DNA of 64,000 nt, from contig CP089276.1 in assembly GCA_023920165.1 (NCBI GenBank), positions 2,046,001 to 2,110,000 on the forward strand, given 5' to 3'. Within the stretch, counting starts at the first letter, position 1, and every line of letters begins with the position of its first letter. The notes under the pieces were generated by a model. The model did no database searches, was not told where the DNA came from, and saw only the letters and a list, made by a program, of their open reading frames with translations. Made by a program: the position numbers and the translations under genes. This document shows, one piece after another, positions 61,716-64,000 of this stretch. This stretch comes from Curvularia clavata. Lineage: Eukaryota.

Positions 61716-61975
61716 TGTCGTACATGCTACCCCCAATTAAGACATTCAGAGCGAGCAAAGGGGAGAAAAAACCGGCAACTGTGCTAACCTATTCAAAATC
61801 GATCATGTGCTTACGTAGGAGCATATAGACAGTTTGGTTGACGCGAGACGCGGATGGATCGCGTTCGCGCTAATCTTATCTTATCGTCAAGCTCCGCCAA
61901 AAAAAGTTCCAGTCGCATCGCATCTCCAACTCTCCATTCCAAGCACCTTTCTCTCACAGCACAGCCACTCCAACC

Positions 61976-63190
61976 ATGGCACTCGACGATTCTCTTCAGC
62001 AACCACTCAACTTTACCGGTCATCGGCACCTGATTTCACGCCTCTTGCTCGCAACTCTCACCGGCCGACCCGTTCGCATATCGCAAATTCGCTCTTCGTC
62101 GACGAACCCTGGCCTAACTCGCCATGAAACCAATTTCATCCGACTCCTCGACGCGGTGACGAATGGATCGCAGATACAATTTAGCATGACGGGTACAACA
62201 CTCGTCTACCGCCCTGGACTTATCACCGGTTCAGCCGAAGGCCTAGGCGCAAGCGGAGGCGTAATTCGACACGAGATACCGGCAGAATGCAGAAAGCGAG
62301 GCGTGAGTTGGTGGTTAATACCTCTCTGCATACTTTCGCCTTTCAGTAAGGGCAATATGAACATCATTTTCCACGGTGAAGGCTGCGTTACCTCTTCGAC
62401 AATTGCTGGCGACGTTTCTGCCGACACGGTTCGTACAGCTATTCTTCCGCTGTATAAAAACTTTGCCATTGAGCGAAATATCGAACTGCGCATCCTTAAG
62501 CGCTCGTGCGCCCCCGCAGGAGGCAAAGGCGCAGGCGGCGAGGTCCAGCTTGTTTTCAACCACCAGGTCCGTTTACCCAAGACGCTGCACCTGCTGAATC
62601 CAGGACGAGTGAAGAAGATACGCGGTGTAGCGTACTGTGTTGAGGTTCCCAAGAGCAACAACGAACGCATGACTTTCACAGCAAGAGGCATCCTAAACAA
62701 GTTCGTACCGGATACGTACATCTTCTCCGACGCAAGCCCTGCACCCCTGATACCCACAAATGCAAAGGGTCATGCGTCAGGAAAGGTCAAAGGAGCCGTC
62801 GGATTCGGAATCAGTCTCGTAGCGGAGAGCAGCACAGGTTGCATATATTCGGCCGACGTGTGCTCCCCGCCCGACGGCGGTGTCCCTGCAGACGAAATTG
62901 GCAAGCAATGCGCATACCAGCTTCTCGAGAAGATTTCACAAGGAGGCTGTGTAGAGAATGTGGCAGCGCCCACGGTGCTTATGCTCATGGCTATGGGCAG
63001 CGAGGACGTCGGCAGAGTAGCGCTCGGCAAAGAGGTGCTTGCGAGCGAGGAGATCATCCAGCTAGCAAGAGACGCAAAGGAGTTTGGAGGCAGCGCATGG
63101 GGCTTCAGAGAAGCAGGCGGCGAAAAGGAAGAAATCGTCGTCAGTGTAGTAGGCAAAGGCGTGGGCAATGTCGGAAGAAAAGTGGCTTAG
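61976..63190 (+). CDS. RCL1: RNA 3'-terminal phosphate cyclase-like protein Rcl1 (18S rRNA biogenesis); single exon
   Basis: RLLLATLTGRPVRISQIRS, PGLTRHETNFIRLL, YRPGLI, GGEV, GFGISLVAES, LLMAMGSEDVGR-like motif, C-terminal GKGVGNVGRKVA. Confidence 0.92.
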   Translation: MALDDSLQQPLNFTGHRHLISRLLLATLTGRPVRISQIRSSSTNPGLTRHETNFIRLLDAVTNGSQIQFSMTGTTLVYRPGLITGSAEGLGASGGVIRHEIPAECRKRGVSWWLIPLCILSPFSKGNMNIIFHGEGCVTSSTIAGDVSADTVRTAILPLYKNFAIERNIELRILKRSCAPAGGKGAGGEVQLVFNHQVRLPKTLHLLNPGRVKKIRGVAYCVEVPKSNNERMTFTARGILNKFVPDTYIFSDASPAPLIPTNAKGHASGKVKGAVGFGISLVAESSTGCIYSADVCSPPDGGVPADEIGKQCAYQLLEKISQGGCVENVAAPTVLMLMAMGSEDVGRVALGKEVLASEEIIQLARDAKEFGGSAWGFREAGGEKEEIVVSVVGKGVGNVGRKVA

Positions 63191-63492
63191 AAGAACTCGT
63201 GTTGGTTTTGGGCACCGAAAAAACGTTTTCCGTCTGCAAATAATGATACCCCTCCTTTTGTTCTCATGATACGGCATCTCTCTCTTTCTCTATGAGGCGG
63301 TCAATTCTGTTTTGGAAATCATCGCAAACATGCTCATCTCGACAATCTCTCCATGATACAGTTTAAAAAAAAGCACCTGTAAAGAAACAACAAACGCCAT
63401 GCAGATGACCGTTTTGCAAAAAATCGTCTACCATAACATAGAATGCCTAAATCCAAGCCGATTTCGAGACCTACGAGTTTCGCTACTACTAC

Positions 63493-64000
63493 TTACTTCC
63501 TGCCAGCTGAGCTAGCACCGCTGCCAGTTCCCTCCTCCTCGCTGCCATCCTCCTCTGCATACTTTTCGTTAAAGCGTTCCTGATCCCTATACGGGCCCTC
63601 GTCTCCATCATCGTCATCACTCAGCAAATCCTCATCCGACTCGCCTGCAAAAGCATCGTACAATTCTCCACCCCTCTTTGCGCGCTTCTTCTTGCCAGCA
63701 GCAGCTCCAGAAAGTAAACCGGCGTCATCCCTGTCCTCGTCACCATCTAGAACTTCGAACTCGTATGCGTCACGCGAATCCTTCATACGCTTGCGCCTTG
63801 CGATGAATAGATAGGTACAGAGACCAGCGATGAAAACGAGGATAAGGCCGAGAGCACCATAGATCCAGATCTGGGTGTGCTTGGATACGCCGAAAGAAGG
63901 GAAGGGGCTGGGGAGGAAGTTTTCGGCAGGAGCTGCAGATGCGGTTGCCGTTACTTCAGGTGCTGCGGTGGCAGAAGTCTGTGCCACTGTTTGCGTGGGC
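63493..64000 (-). CDS. KEX2: 3' end of a kexin (Kex2/KexB) endoprotease: S/T-rich linker, TM helix and acidic cytosolic tail; partial, continues beyond the window
   Basis: FLPSPFPSFGVSKHTQIWIYGALGLILVF...RRKR...YEFEVL...GGELYDAFAGESDE matches filamentous-fungal kexin C-termini as I recognise them. The catalytic domain is not in the window. Confidence 0.8.
   Translation of the reverse strand, partial: PTQTVAQTSATAAPEVTATASAAPAENFLPSPFPSFGVSKHTQIWIYGALGLILVFIAGLCTYLFIARRKRMKDSRDAYEFEVLDGDEDRDDAGLLSGAAAGKKKRAKRGGELYDAFAGESDEDLLSDDDDGDEGPYRDQERFNEKYAEEDGSEEEGTGSGASSAGRK

Overview
Eukaryotic DNA from a filamentous ascomycete. Short GT-AG introns with CTRAC/CTAAC branch points are seen directly; a Dothideomycete/Pleosporales origin is my inference from gene content and protein style. 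The window is gene-dense chromosome-arm sequence with about 25 protein-coding genes and one intron-containing tRNA. In order: a membrane-anchored bZIP factor, PRP4, a PTC7/Azr1-type PP2C, MPS1 kinase, two tandem F-box-like paralogs, TspO, ARS2/SERRATE, a PX-domain protein, ERV46, a short Mex67-like protein, a SulP sulfate permease, NOP14, a small membrane protein of unknown function, VPS53, a GH18 chitinase, YTH1, a HET-domain protein, tRNA-Ala(CGC), a GH16 glucanase, ERG10, SNU114, an RTC4-domain protein, RCL1 and the 3' end of KEX2. I found no transposon, CRISPR array or rRNA. Best leads: (1) a single-exon Mex67/NXF-like gene with RG repeats, LRR and TAP-C/UBA but no NTF2-like domain; (2) a PTC7-type phosphatase with both a mitochondrial-type presequence and a C-terminal PTS1 (-AKL); (3) a bZIP with ATF6/CREB3-like membrane-tethered layout; (4) a tRNA-Ala(CGC) whose D/anticodon arms resemble tRNA-Pro. 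All family calls come from motif recognition by eye, not database searches, and exon boundaries were read manually.
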